Program-made: the position numbers and the translations under genes
DNA from: Balanoglossus misakiensis
Lineage: Eukaryota; Animalia; Hemichordata
Direction: 5' to 3'
NCBI GenBank assembly: GCA_040954595.2
Contig: CM082586.2
Location: forward strand, 587,123 to 651,122
DNA: 64,000 bases
Shown: positions 1 to 12,026 of the stretch, in pieces
Numbering within the stretch: the stretch's first letter is position 1
Layout of the letters: each line of letters starts with the position of its first letter
The notes under the pieces: generated by a model
Database searches by the model: none
Seen by the model: only the letters and a program-made list of their open reading frames with translations
Told to the model about the DNA's origin: nothing

Positions 1-899
1 ATTCTGGCAAATGTTGTTGCTCAGACTTTGGGGGAAATGTTGATGTGTAACTGTCAGCATTTAGAGTAATGTCGCCTCAGGGCATTTATTGACAACTTTT
101 GTAGAAATGCATAGTGTTGAAATTTACTTGTGGAGCCCAGTAGAGACATAATATGAGGGAGGTTTGTTTGTAGAAGTGAGAATGATATCAGAAACAAAAG
201 GTGTTCAGTAAAGTTTTCAAAGTTGTAGCAGAAAAAATAAGCCCATGATAGTTATAGCTCCTCTGTCTTGTATAAGGCCAAACCAAAAGAAAATGATGGG
301 GCTTTTCCAAAATACTAAAATAAATGAGGTGATGTAAGATTATATGCCCTCACTATGGATAGATCAGTATTTACCTGTTTTATAGAAAGCTGAATGTGTA
401 ATTTAAAAATATCAAAAGACATTTGTGTTCATAGGTCCTAAGTGAAATGACATTTTGAATGAGTATGTGGAAGTGCACCCTCTTGTGAAAGAATCCTCAA
501 TAATGTTACTCTAACAGGTGCTAGGCTTTGGTTCAATGTCAGGAGAAATATTCCAATGTTTTGTCAAGTGCTGTATATGAAATTGCCAAGCTATTTAGTA
601 TGGAACTTGTGTTTAAAGGATTACTGCAGTGATGTGTTGACAATAGCTGAGTATATACTCCCAGTTATTCTGTGATCTGGACAGTATCCTATTGTAAATA
701 AAATTCTGTTCAAGCTGAGTGAGAACCACTGAGTTTTTCTGATCATGCGATAGAGTCTGGACAGCGCTGAAACATCTGGTTAACAACATGGAAATAGAAA
801 GTAGTTCTGCACTGCGTTGTTTGCAGTGTAGCTGCTGGGTTATTCCTGGTTCTGGTTGGAACCACAAAAGAAGTGATAGATATTTTAGGATTCAAATGT

Positions 900-1657
900 T
901 CATGACAGCCATGGTTGTGATGATGTCATTGAATGAAACACTTCATCAGCTTTAAGGTTCAACTCCAAACACTTCAAGCAGTTGATCAGAACTTCCCAAG
1001 TTGCACTGCGGTTATTCAACATCCTCCAGGCTGTTAGCATGGCAATGGCTTGTCTCTCACTGTTGCCATAGTGATCTGCACTCACTGCGTCCATTTTGTT
1101 CAATGGAACTCCTAGAACTAAACCGACTTGATAGAAATCCGTTGATATTATTTTAGCAATGAATACCAACTTGTCGTCTGGTATAATATCTGGAATGACA
1201 AATGTGCAAAACATGTTACACACAACAGATAAATCATCTTTAAAGAATGTTGTGTACTTGCATGAATATTTATAAATGTAATCTTGAAAAGAGAATGTAT
1301 ACCTTTCAATATCCCAGCTCTGTGACAAATTTCACTGTCTGTGACATCATGGTCTGTGCATTGTACTGGTCTTTGAGATTCGACGGTTTCGGTCAAGACG
1401 TTAACAAGATGGTTTTGTTTAGATCCAACTTTCAAACTTTTCACCAAAGCTCTGAATGCATCATCACCTCCACAAAGTAGTAACTCCAGCAATCTCTGAT
1501 TTTTGTCTGTCTTGGTTTTATTTCCCGTGTTTTTGATGTCTGACACCATATCCAGTGTGAGAGCGCCCTCCTGAACAAGATATGGGAGCACATAATCTGT
1601 GTTGATCTCCTCCAATAGTTGTACGTAGTTTCTTTCAATTATCTGGCGTTGTGTCAT
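900..1657 (-). CDS. CARD + death domain adaptor protein (CRADD/RAIDD-like architecture), 214 aa, 2 coding exons
   Basis: Exons 1657-1303 and 1189-900, joined by a phase-1 GT-AG intron (aag|gtatac ... attccag|at). Exon 1 is CARD-like (IIERNYVQLLEEINTDYVLPYLVQEGALT...KNQRLLELLLCGGDDAFRALVKSL). Exon 2 is DD-like (LVFIAKIISTDFYQVGLVLGV...QAIAMLTAWR...ATWEVLINCL). A probable 5' UTR exon ends at 1823 with a GTGAGT donor. Confidence 0.85.
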
Positions 1658-2763
1658 AGTGAAACTTTAACGAAAGAGATAATTTACTTTACAGATATGT
1701 TGATATAAATGGCTGATCAAAGGCAAGAACAATATTGCTGACACTTCTCTATACATTTGAAAAGTTGTTTTTCTCGAATGTGTAAAAAAAGTTTAGAAAA
1801 ACAAGGGTTATGCCATACTCACCTGGTAGGCCAATCCGTTTCCTCCAGGCGTCTATTTCCAATTGAGAAAGACCTCGGCAAACTGGTCCGAAATCAGTCA
1901 CGTCTAAGTATGGAAATAAGTGCCTTGAATTGTTCTGTGCGCCTTGTGTAGAACTAAAATACCAAAACTTTATCTTGACGCTGTAGATACCTTCCAAGAC
2001 GGGACTTCCCGACGATTGCCACATAATATTACTGGGTGGAATGGTATATGATATGTTACTTTGTATTGGCCATGTGTAAAAGAGACACGTGCTTTTTTTG
2101 TGGTGCAGCAATACAATCCTACCATGGCATCGCCTATTGTCAATTGACCGAATAGCTAAACAGGAGCTGTAGTATTGTAACCAGGGGTAACAGCACAAGA
2201 TCAAAAACAGAACACAAATCTCATTTTTCGGCTTGTGTATTCTACAAAGAGTTAAATTTAAGTGTTATCGCCAGGGTTGACATTTATTTTAAATCACTTG
2301 AAAACGTCTTTTTGGGTCATGACGTATGTTTGGAATATAAATTGGTCAGGGTTATTTCTGATAGAAATGTGACGTCAGAGACCAGGAGAAAGTATCCCAT
2401 ATCTCAAGAAATTGATATGTTTAGCTTTTTGAAGTGAAGCGCTTCTGAAAGGCAAGCCACTGTATAGGGTCGAAGATATCGGTTAGAAACAATAACACGT
2501 CTCGATTCAGTTTGTGTTGAAAGTAAAGACTATGCACATTTGTGTAGGATAATGTTACGTGGTCCCTTAATGCTATATGAGTACGTCTTGGAGTTTAGTA
2601 TACCGGTTAAAGTGTTATGAAATACCAGTTTCGGTAAAGTGGTGAACTGCCCTGATTTGAAAGATCACTAAATGTTTGTGGACTTGTGTAGGTGTAAATA
2701 AGTGCGAACTGTTCCGTTAAAAGTGCAACTTGCCTCTGTTTGGTGAAGATACCTAAAGATAAA

Positions 2764-3796
2764 ATGTCCCGACCACGAAAGAACCCTCGTCACATAACAG
2801 GAACTGTCACCAGGACAACGCTTGAGGAGAAAATTCTAAGGAAACTGGACAAAATTGACGCAGAGATGAGTGAAATGAAAGAATTTAAGGAGGCCATGAC
2901 TTGTAAGCTTGAACAGTTTGAAGATCATTTGGATAAAATGGCTCGTCAACTGAAGGGACTCGCCAACAAGGTCGAAGAGACAACCAAGTTCGGTGTGAAA
3001 CTGGAAAACTTCGAAAAACAAACCACCAAACGGATCAACGATGACATATCGGACACCAAGGTGAAACTTGGCAACGTGGAAGAATTTATTCAGAAAGAAA
3101 TTTGCAATAAACTGCAAAAACTTGATTTGAAGATTTCGACCACAGACTGGTCATTGAGGGCGGACATTGAGAGAATGGAAGATAGTTTGACCGGAGTACC
3201 GATGTTGAGAAGCTCGTTAGAAAACCTACGGAAGTTTGTTGATAATAAACTGCAGACTGTGAATTCTGAATTGAATAAACTAAGAGCTGATATGAGGGCA
3301 GAACAGAAGAAATCACAACTAAATGAAGTCTCCGGTAGGTTTCATTTTGGGCGTTTTTCAACCATTAGTTCTCGACAGGGTGTTCTTCTTACAAGGCCTC
3401 ATTAAACTTGAACTTTACAAGTGGACATTTTATTTCCCAGGTACAATTATGGTGCGTGGCCAATCAGCTGGCTGGACCAGTAAAATAGGCGGCAGTGCTG
3501 GAAATAACACCATCACCGACCATGCAGTATGTGACCGGGATCTGGCACACATCTGTTCAGTGATTGCATCCGAATATTATCGCGTCGGACTTGAATTGGG
3601 ACTTAGTACAGAGATGCTTTGTCGGTGTTCAGCTAAATCCAGGGATGACAACTACAGAAAGACGATTGAAATGCTGAAAATGTGGAAAATGAAGGAATCG
3701 AAAAACGCTTCTTGGGGAAGATTAAGGACAGCGTTGACAAAACTTGATTTAACGGATATGGTGACTGCATTGAATGATCGATTCCCAAATATCTAA
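2764..3796 (+). CDS. Coiled-coil + C-terminal death domain protein, 308 aa, 2 coding exons
   Basis: Exons 2764-3334 and 3441-3796, joined by a phase-1 intron (tccg|gtaggt ... ttcccag|gt). Exon 1 is a long heptad-rich coiled coil. Exon 2 is DD-like (DLAHICSVIASEYYRVGLELGL...KTIEMLKMWK...ASWGRLRTALTKLDLTD). Confidence 0.85.
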
Positions 3797-6700
3797 AATG
3801 TATCTATAAAATTCAAAAATGTCATCGTGACTTCGAATTTTGTCTCGTGTAATATTATTAAAATAATCTACGGGTATTGAACAGATATTGAAAAATGCCA
3901 CGGTACTTAACCGGAAGTACAAGAGAAACAAACTACCGGAAGAAACAAAAGACGGTAACATCAAGGCGTTGAGGGCGCCTGGCAATCACACAGGTGGTTG
4001 AACCACGCCCAAGGAGACAAAAATATTTCTTTGTCCGTGGTTGAATCTAAAACGAGGACGCCCTATGTCGTACATCCATGCCTATAAGCTAAGGGTAGTA
4101 TGCGCTCTAGTTGGCATAAAAGACTCCTGAAAAAAATTAACAATTGAGACACAGGACCACCAGAAAATGCCAGTAGGGTGGGCCATGTACCCATAGGTGA
4201 GAGATGCCATATGAACTCCAAACCTGGGTAGGCCTACTTTGTTTGGAGGTATATATGCACAACGTGTCGAGCTGATCTGTGGACATGTTTACATCTCTGC
4301 ATTCTGATATGATTATTCAGAATACGTAAGCATGCTACAAAGGATTTTATCAAGTTTATATACCTACACATTGCCTGTGCAAATAGTGTGATCTAACTAA
4401 CTGTGCTATATATACATAATACACACAGTTGCCGGCTGATAGTAAATAAGAGATGTGTCAATTTTGTTTTAAAAAACACCAGTTCTGAAATACTGGTATT
4501 TATACAGTTTGTTCAAAATACATGTACGGATATTTTGGGAATTGATAAAAACAAATACACAATGGGTATTATATAAAAATTAACGCATCATTTCATCACA
4601 CTATGATTTTTAAAGGCATGAAAGCAGGTGGTCGGTCTATTTGTTGTCACCTAAGGGTATTTTTTGAAGTTTTTGCATTAACCTAAGGACGCTTCCACGG
4701 TTCACCTCTCACGCAAGCTATAATTCCTAGGCCCATTGTGTCGATATTACTCCAAACATGGCCGCCTTGTGACCCTAACTAAGAAGCCATTACGGACTGA
4801 CACACCAAACCATTATTAGACTTCTGCAGGTTTTCGTTTCCCCAATGCGACAAGCACCTCTTTAAATAACACTGTCAACCGGTTTGTTGGTTGTAGTTAA
4901 TGTACTCCGTGATCAAGCGATAGTCTGCTTGTCTGGTTGTTATGGACGCTATGTGGGGTTCACACAATGGCTGTCTGTGATTGTAAAAAGTGTTTCACTG
5001 CTCAGATTGTTTGAGGTAAGTGTCAATTACCATTTCCAGTCAAATCTCGCTCTCGTCTGGTTTCATAACAAGTCTTGTCGCATAAGGAGATATTTTCCTA
5101 TTTATTTATGAAAACAGAAAAAGGACTCTTTTGTGCGAAGAGAAGTTGGATTCTTTGCAGACGAACATTGTTTCCTGAATGGAGTACAAATCACCTGCCA
5201 CAAATTTCCGTCCATTTCCATTCATACTCCCGAGTCAAATTAAAGTTAAAATAAATTTTTAAAATCTCCGTATTTTTTTAATTGACAAACTACTTGTAAA
5301 ACACGAGTCCGTTCATGAACAAATTGTATTTGACTAACAACAAGTAAAATATCAACGTAACAATAGATTTGAAGACAGTGGGCCTACTGAGATTTTGTTT
5401 ATATTTCGATGTCTAATCCTGATGGTTGTGGATAATTTGTGGGCTTCCTATCGCCTTCCCCGATAACCCTTCAATTGGTGATTGCATAAAAATCTCGATT
5501 GCGTTCCTTATATTCACTCCATGTACCGAGAGAGACAACCTAGAGGTTTTAAATGCTAAGATACAACGTGTATTTTTGTTGGCGATCACAGAGAACAAAG
5601 AGTTTCCACCGTGGTTTGACTTCCTTTGAATTAACCATAAACAATGGGCTTACAAAGCATTGAGAAGTTCATAAAAAGTTCACCAGATCCCCGCCCGTAA
5701 AATACTCCAGACTGTTTTGTCTTTTTATTCTCTATTTACAAGATATTTTCTGTTTTCTTTTCTTTATGACCTCTTTCTCAATGAGGGTGTTGGTCCCCTT
5801 TTTAACAAAGCGTGAATAATATTGGCCTCGGTCCAAGAATTTCACCAGTATTTGGGTACATTGCATTTTGAGCACCCGAGGTTTGTCTCTGTGACGTCAC
5901 GCATTGTCTGGCGCTGTTCAAGGCTTTAGGCTGTGGGTGAGTCGACAATTCTGTCGAGATTACCTTGTCAAGAAAGAATGAATGAGACTAGTCTTAGCTG
6001 TAAAGTTGTACTATGAAGAGATTGTTGCACTCTGCAGAAATATATTACGTGGCTTAGTTTTCAACAAACCTGTGAAGACGGATTGTGAACAAAGTCTGTA
6101 GACATAGAGTGATGTGGTATGCGAAACGGGCACGCAAAGACACGCACTGGTTATCACTCAGCGTGGCTTTACACAGAACAGAATCAGAGACGCGTGACAA
6201 AGACCAGAGGTTGACGGGACATGCTTAAAGATACAATGTCAAAATAGTCTGTAATATAAGGGCAGCGCGTTGGACTGACTTATTTGGAGTTGACGCGGCA
6301 GGGTTAGCGAAGCAAGAAAGTGACTTTTAAAAGTCAGAAAATGGACCAAAAGTGAAGATATATCTGACACCATAGAGTCTGGAGTTTTTATGAAGCTTCA
6401 TAACTTAGTTCAGTAATGCCAGTATTGTATAGGTTTCAGAGGAATCTGAACAGCGTTGTTTCGTTGCCATTCTTCGAACAAAAGAGCACTGTTATTAAAT
6501 CGAGTGGAGTCATTCACAAGTTATTGAAACACTTGATGAGATTAGCAATTAGACACCTGTCTTTAATGACCTTACGTGGGTCAAGGTCAAGGTCAAGACA
6601 GTCGGGGTCTTTTTGCGACACTCAATAAGGGTCACTTGACACACGTGCATCCCTGGAGTTCATTTGTCGGTCCCACAATGCATTGCGCGCTTCACACTGG

Positions 6701-7647
6701 TTGTCAGTGCAGACGAACATCCCGGACACCCACAATATTTGTAATTTCATCGACCATATCTTATGAATTGCGAGTATTAGGGAACGCGTCGTTGCTGCGG
6801 AACAAGACGTTTTATAACTGCATGTTGTATGTAGACACACAAAACCGTGAGAAGCGACCACTGCAAAACTTGAAAGGTCTGTATTGTTACATGTACTCCT
6901 ATACACGGGCTTGTCGTATAACATGTTCTGTGTTCTTACGTCAGAGTTGCGGACAAACATTATACTCCCGGGTCAAAGTAAATTGTCTGGCGCCTCTACG
7001 TTGCACACCTGTTCCAAGAGTGCATAGCGTAATTGACCAATCACAAGTGCTGTGATTTCAGGTGTGCGGAATTGACCAATCGAAATTGTCGGTGCCTGAA
7101 TTAACCAAATAATGACTATCGATCGATTGCCGCTATGTCGGTACGGTTGAAAAGTGTACACTGCCGACAAAAGTTCATGATTGATTTCCGACAGAATAAC
7201 AGTTTGAGTCTTATAGGATTGTTGGTTGAGGCTTTCTTTAACTTCACAATGATTTTAGTCACGGGTCGAGTACCGGGTAACTGTGTGTTAGGCTATTTTT
7301 AAGGTCTGTCGGACCAGAACTATGAATAGATCGACCTTGTGCTAGCAATGACCTTAATTGTGCTGCATAATACCGACACCACTAAATGGATTGAGTAGTA
7401 GTCCCACAAAAGCCGGTGAAATCAAAATGCACGAGGTCAAGTTTATGTTTAACTATTTTGGGCTAGTGTGCGCTATTAGGGGTCATAGATAATTAGAACT
7501 CGCACATGTAGACGAAATTCGCACAAAGTGTCGTATCCACGGCCCCTTACTCGTCACCCGGTCACTTATTGCGTCATCGGTGTCTTTGTCTTTCAGGATC
7601 ATTTTCTGTCGTTCTCTCAATCCAAAGTCTAAAGAAGATTTTACAAG

Positions 7648-9887
7648 ATGGGTGAAGACAAAGACGGTTCGCACAGCAAGGAAGCCATCGTTCAGAAAAT
7701 CGTCCACGTTCTGCATCGAACACTTCAAGACGTTGAACAAGAGTATGTGTATTTTGCGAGACAACGGAACTATTTCATCAACGCCATCAAACACAGAATC
7801 AACCCAGCAGGCAGTAATGAAGAGCGCCATCAATTCCGCGTCAAGTTAGGAGTGAAAACTCTAGGAGAAGTTCGCAAGCTTCTTTCTGTTGCATGGTCCT
7901 CCGATTCAGAAAACGGCAGCAGTGCCAACACACAGGGAGCCCTAGAGATGTTTCTCGATTTAACATACCAACTGAGTGAACTTCGCGAAAATTTGGATGA
8001 GAATTTACCCGATCATGCCAGACAGCACTGTCAGGCCGATTTGGATGAATGGAAACGCTTACTTTCTGACAACTACGATTTGACATATCTTGATAAGGAG
8101 GAATCCACGCTCGACTTTGAAGATCGTCCCGGTTATTCTGGTCTGGTGAGTTTACTGCCTTGTGTGCTGGACACTGCAAATACAGTGTTTCAGATCTTAG
8201 GCGAACTCTACGGCGCGCGGAAGGACACACCTTACCGCCCTCAGTTGAAATCGAAATCCAAGGATCCGAACGTTCTGGAGGAAGAGATGGACGATGATGT
8301 TTTCGTAACTGCACAATCTGTTTTGACAAAAGACGACCAGAAAAATAAAATTGGGAACGAAAAAGAGCGAAAATTAAAGACTTATTCCTCCATACTTTCG
8401 CCAAGACAAGGCCGCACATTGCTTTCGCGAGAGAACAGAAAAGCGCCGCCAAAGGTAACACGCCGAGTGACCCGTCAAGTGACCCATCTATCTCCAAGAA
8501 TCGTTACTAAGCAACCGACATTCATCAGTCGGGTAAAGGCACCGCTAACCGGGCTTCAAACTCGAAAATCGGGGAAACTTCCTGTTCAAGCGACCTCTCA
8601 ACAAAAGGAAAGACAATCGAAATATATATCTATGCAAGATTTTGTCATTTCTCCGACAAAGCAAGTCATATCGTCACCCAGAGCAACGACTCCATACCAG
8701 AGAGTGAAAAAGGAAGATTTTACAAGATTCCCAACTGTGGAAAAACAGAAATCTCTGAAGGGCATAGAAGATTATACAAATGTCCAAAAATCAGCGTTTA
8801 AATCTCAGCTTCCATATCTACGCAAACTCTACGGCATCGACAATGTTTCGCCGCGGCACGCCAAACTCTCAAGCCCACCAATCGTCTCGCAAAGTTTTCC
8901 ACGTCAAAGAGGCGGGAAGATGACGCATGTTCCTTTACATTCAAGTTTGGATCCAGCCCGACAAGATGCATATCCCAGAATGCAACGCGGACAGCAGCGG
9001 ATATCAACTTCCTCCTTGGACTCACTCGACGCCGTCCCAGTCAGTGTCATTTATCATGGCAGTACTATTTACAATTATCCTGGGGGTGAAGTGACGTCAG
9101 ACATGGACCATACCACAAGAGCAATAAAACGAATAGAAGGTAAGGGTGGGCCTGTTTGTGAGTTTGTCATTTGGTTACAATTAACTTCAGGTTTCTACAT
9201 CAGAAAATGAAGTTCTGTAAATTGTGCATTTTGATGCTTGAGTGTCCATAACATGGTAGACATCTTACTTTTCAGAGAGGTTGCTTCCCCAGATGGATTC
9301 GCTGAAAGCCAAAATGAGGAAAGGAAATTTGAAACAAAGAGAAGATTCCAACATCATCAATACATTAGAAAACAGACTAAGAAAAATGGAAGATGAAATT
9401 GAAGACATCAAGACAAGACAATTGTTACATAATTACTATTTGCGAGGTTAGTAACCGCTGACAAGAGTTACATCAGTCTTGAAAAGTCCATCTTCCAGGA
9501 GCGCCTTTCGCGCTCCCCCATAGCAGGGTCGGGGAGCACCTTCAAACGACGGGGTTTTCCAGTCTACGATTATCTGTAGCAATATTTTTTATGATTTCAG
9601 ATGTTTTGAAGACAGTTACAATCAAAGACTTGGACATCATCAAAGACCATGTTGCCTACAAAGATATCATTGAACTTGGAGTTAAACTTGGACTATCGGA
9701 AGTTGATGTGGAGGATGTGAAAGAGGAAACAAACAAACCCAGAGAACAAGTCCTTCAGATGCTGTTGTCATGGAGAAACAAGCTAGGGAAGTCAGCCACG
9801 TTGGATTTGATTATCGAAGCTCTCATTTCTATCAAACGCAGGGAGACTGCAAATAGTATAATTATGGATATGAAGAATAGGAGCTAA
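7648..9887 (+). CDS. SPACA9-like domain / basic SP-rich linker / coiled coil / death domain protein, 649 aa, 3 coding exons
   Basis: Exons 7648-9139, 9276-9446 and 9601-9887; both introns are phase-1 GT-AG and the frame is open throughout. The last exon is DD-like (DLDIIKDHVAYKDIIELGVKLGLS...EQVLQMLLSWRNKLGKSATLDLIIEALISIKR). The first ~190 aa match remembered SPACA9/C9orf9 motifs. AATAAA at 10799-10804. Confidence 0.85.
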
Positions 9888-11578
9888 CATCACCCACATA
9901 AAAATGGTTTGATCCTACAAACCCTATGTTTGGCATAAGAAAAGATGGGCATTGTAATCATTTTATTCCATCGAAAAAAGCCAGTAATCTCCAAATCAAA
10001 AAACAAATCGCAGGTGATTATTTTTTAGTAATTTTTGAAAATTTAAAGATTTTTTTTACATTTTTATACAATTCAAGGTGCAAACCATTTAAACGCATCT
10101 ACTCTTTTTGACATTAGTATTTTGTTCATTTTAATATTGACAGATTTAATGTACAAATGATATAAAGTTAATAGACATTGATTAGGGGAAAGCATACACA
10201 TGGAATCAAGGAATTTATGTTTTTGTCAAAATGTGACGTCACATCAGTCGTTCCATTCATATAAGTTGATATATTTATTTTGTGAAGTGTTCAATAACCA
10301 CTAGATTTCCAAACTTTGAGAAAAAGCTTCATTTGCATAACAATACTCTGCGTTACAACTGATGAAACTGTCAAATCAACCTGTATTGTTTTCATTGTGT
10401 GTTTCAATTTAACTGAACTGTGTTCTTCCAAAAGAAATGCATCTCTCGAAACAAACAATACTTTTGCAAGACTTAGTTTGGTGCTACAGCTTAGATATAT
10501 TCTCCCGAGTGAAAATTGGTGGACACTTAAAGTACAGAAGACGTGGGCACAGAAATATGAGAACAACTCACTCCTGTAATTCAAAGATTATGAAACTCAG
10601 ATATACACAACTTTAATGTTTGTTTTAAATATTGACTTCATATAATTTACAGATGTTTTTTGTGGAAACTGGAGGAAAGTCTTTACATGTATATTTTGTG
10701 TGACATGTTGTTTTAAAAATCCAAAACAGTACTTATTGACAACTTCCATGTTTGTAGATTTTCAATCACAAACGGTTTATGTACGATGAATTGTATTTAA
10801 TAAATGCAAAATTGTTAAAATTGTTGGTAATATTTTGCCTCACATTTTGTTTCAAGCCATAATTCATGTTGATTCTTTTCTCACAATTGTGCATATTGTG
10901 TTTTATTTGAGGAAAACATGCTACGGAAACTGATGACGTGATTAAACATCTTCCATTTTATTTTATCCATTTCACCATCAAACAAGTTTATTGATTACAT
11001 AATTCTCGTAAACATAACACCCGTATGTTAAAACCATCCACTAATAAGGTTATAATAATATAAATTTGAAATTATTATATATAAGATTAATGTATTACTG
11101 CCATATATACCCAATTACCAACGCAGAATCATTTTAAAATTTGCACCAAGATATTTCGGGAAATAATCTGATCTAACTGAAAAATGAATTTAAAAAAAAT
11201 AAAAATAAATAAATCTTGAGTTAATTATCTTACGTGAAAAAATCAGCATGTTCATGAATACGCTGATTGTGCATTTGGAAATTTTGTAGAAAGATGAGTA
11301 TGGCCGATATCAGCACTTGAAACTTAACCATCAAAATTAATTATATAATAGCGACGTAGAGGTAGTGGTTTTATGCTGCGAGTATATTATCCGGCTTACA
11401 ACACTTATTGATATGTTAAACTAATTCTCAATCACAACAACCAATCACAGGCTTCACAAAATGCACCTGGTGAATGACGCATTTCGATTTGACAGTTGTC
11501 TGCCAGCGCAGTTGACAGACGGTCAGTGAGGTGCCACGTTTCCATCATTCGAGACTCAATCTTTGACGGACAAACATC

Positions 11579-11800
11579 ATGGCTGAACGTAGTGACGAGA
11601 ACGACCTATTCATTACCAGGAGAAATTTAGGACAACCAAGTGAAAGTGAAGGTCAAGACTGTGACGATATGGAGTAGATTTCCCAAGATTTTGGTAGCCT
11701 CATCGACGATTATGTGCATAAACCATCGGTCACGGAAAGCGACTTGACAAAGGGTGTCCTTTCTCCTGGCTTGCAGCCGCCATTGCGCACACCTTCTACT
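11579..11800 (+). pseudogene. Orphan pseudo-exon (74 codons, one internal TAG) downstream of and antisense to SLCO copy A
   Basis: ATG at 11579; reads MAERSDENDLFITRRNLGQPSESEGQDCDDME*ISQDFGSLIDDYVHKPSVTESDLTKGVLSPGLQPPLRTPST, then a GTAAGT donor at 11801. CCAAT box ~140 bp upstream. Confidence 0.4.
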
Positions 11801-12026
11801 GTAAGTTACAACTTTTTGTCGTCTTTTTCTTGAAACTTGTTTATTTGTTAATTTGAAATTAATCTAACTACAGACGAAATTAGGTATATATTATTGACTA
11901 TAGGGGAAAATACGTTTTGTAACGATGACTTGCATTCAACGATTCGTTACAATGTTCTGAGGATGTTTTTTTTCCTGAATTTTGTTTGTAACGTGTGGAT
12001 TAGTCTAACGCTTTAGGAATAACTCT

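Noticed and set aside
1749-2204. 151-aa minus-strand ORF upstream of the CARD-DD gene
   Set aside because: Non-ATG start and no recognisable domain; splicing from donor 1823 puts it out of frame with the CARD ATG.
6576-7055. 159-aa ORF and (GGTCAA)3 repeat
   Set aside because: No domain or exon support; probably UTR, intron or upstream DNA of the SPACA9-DD gene.
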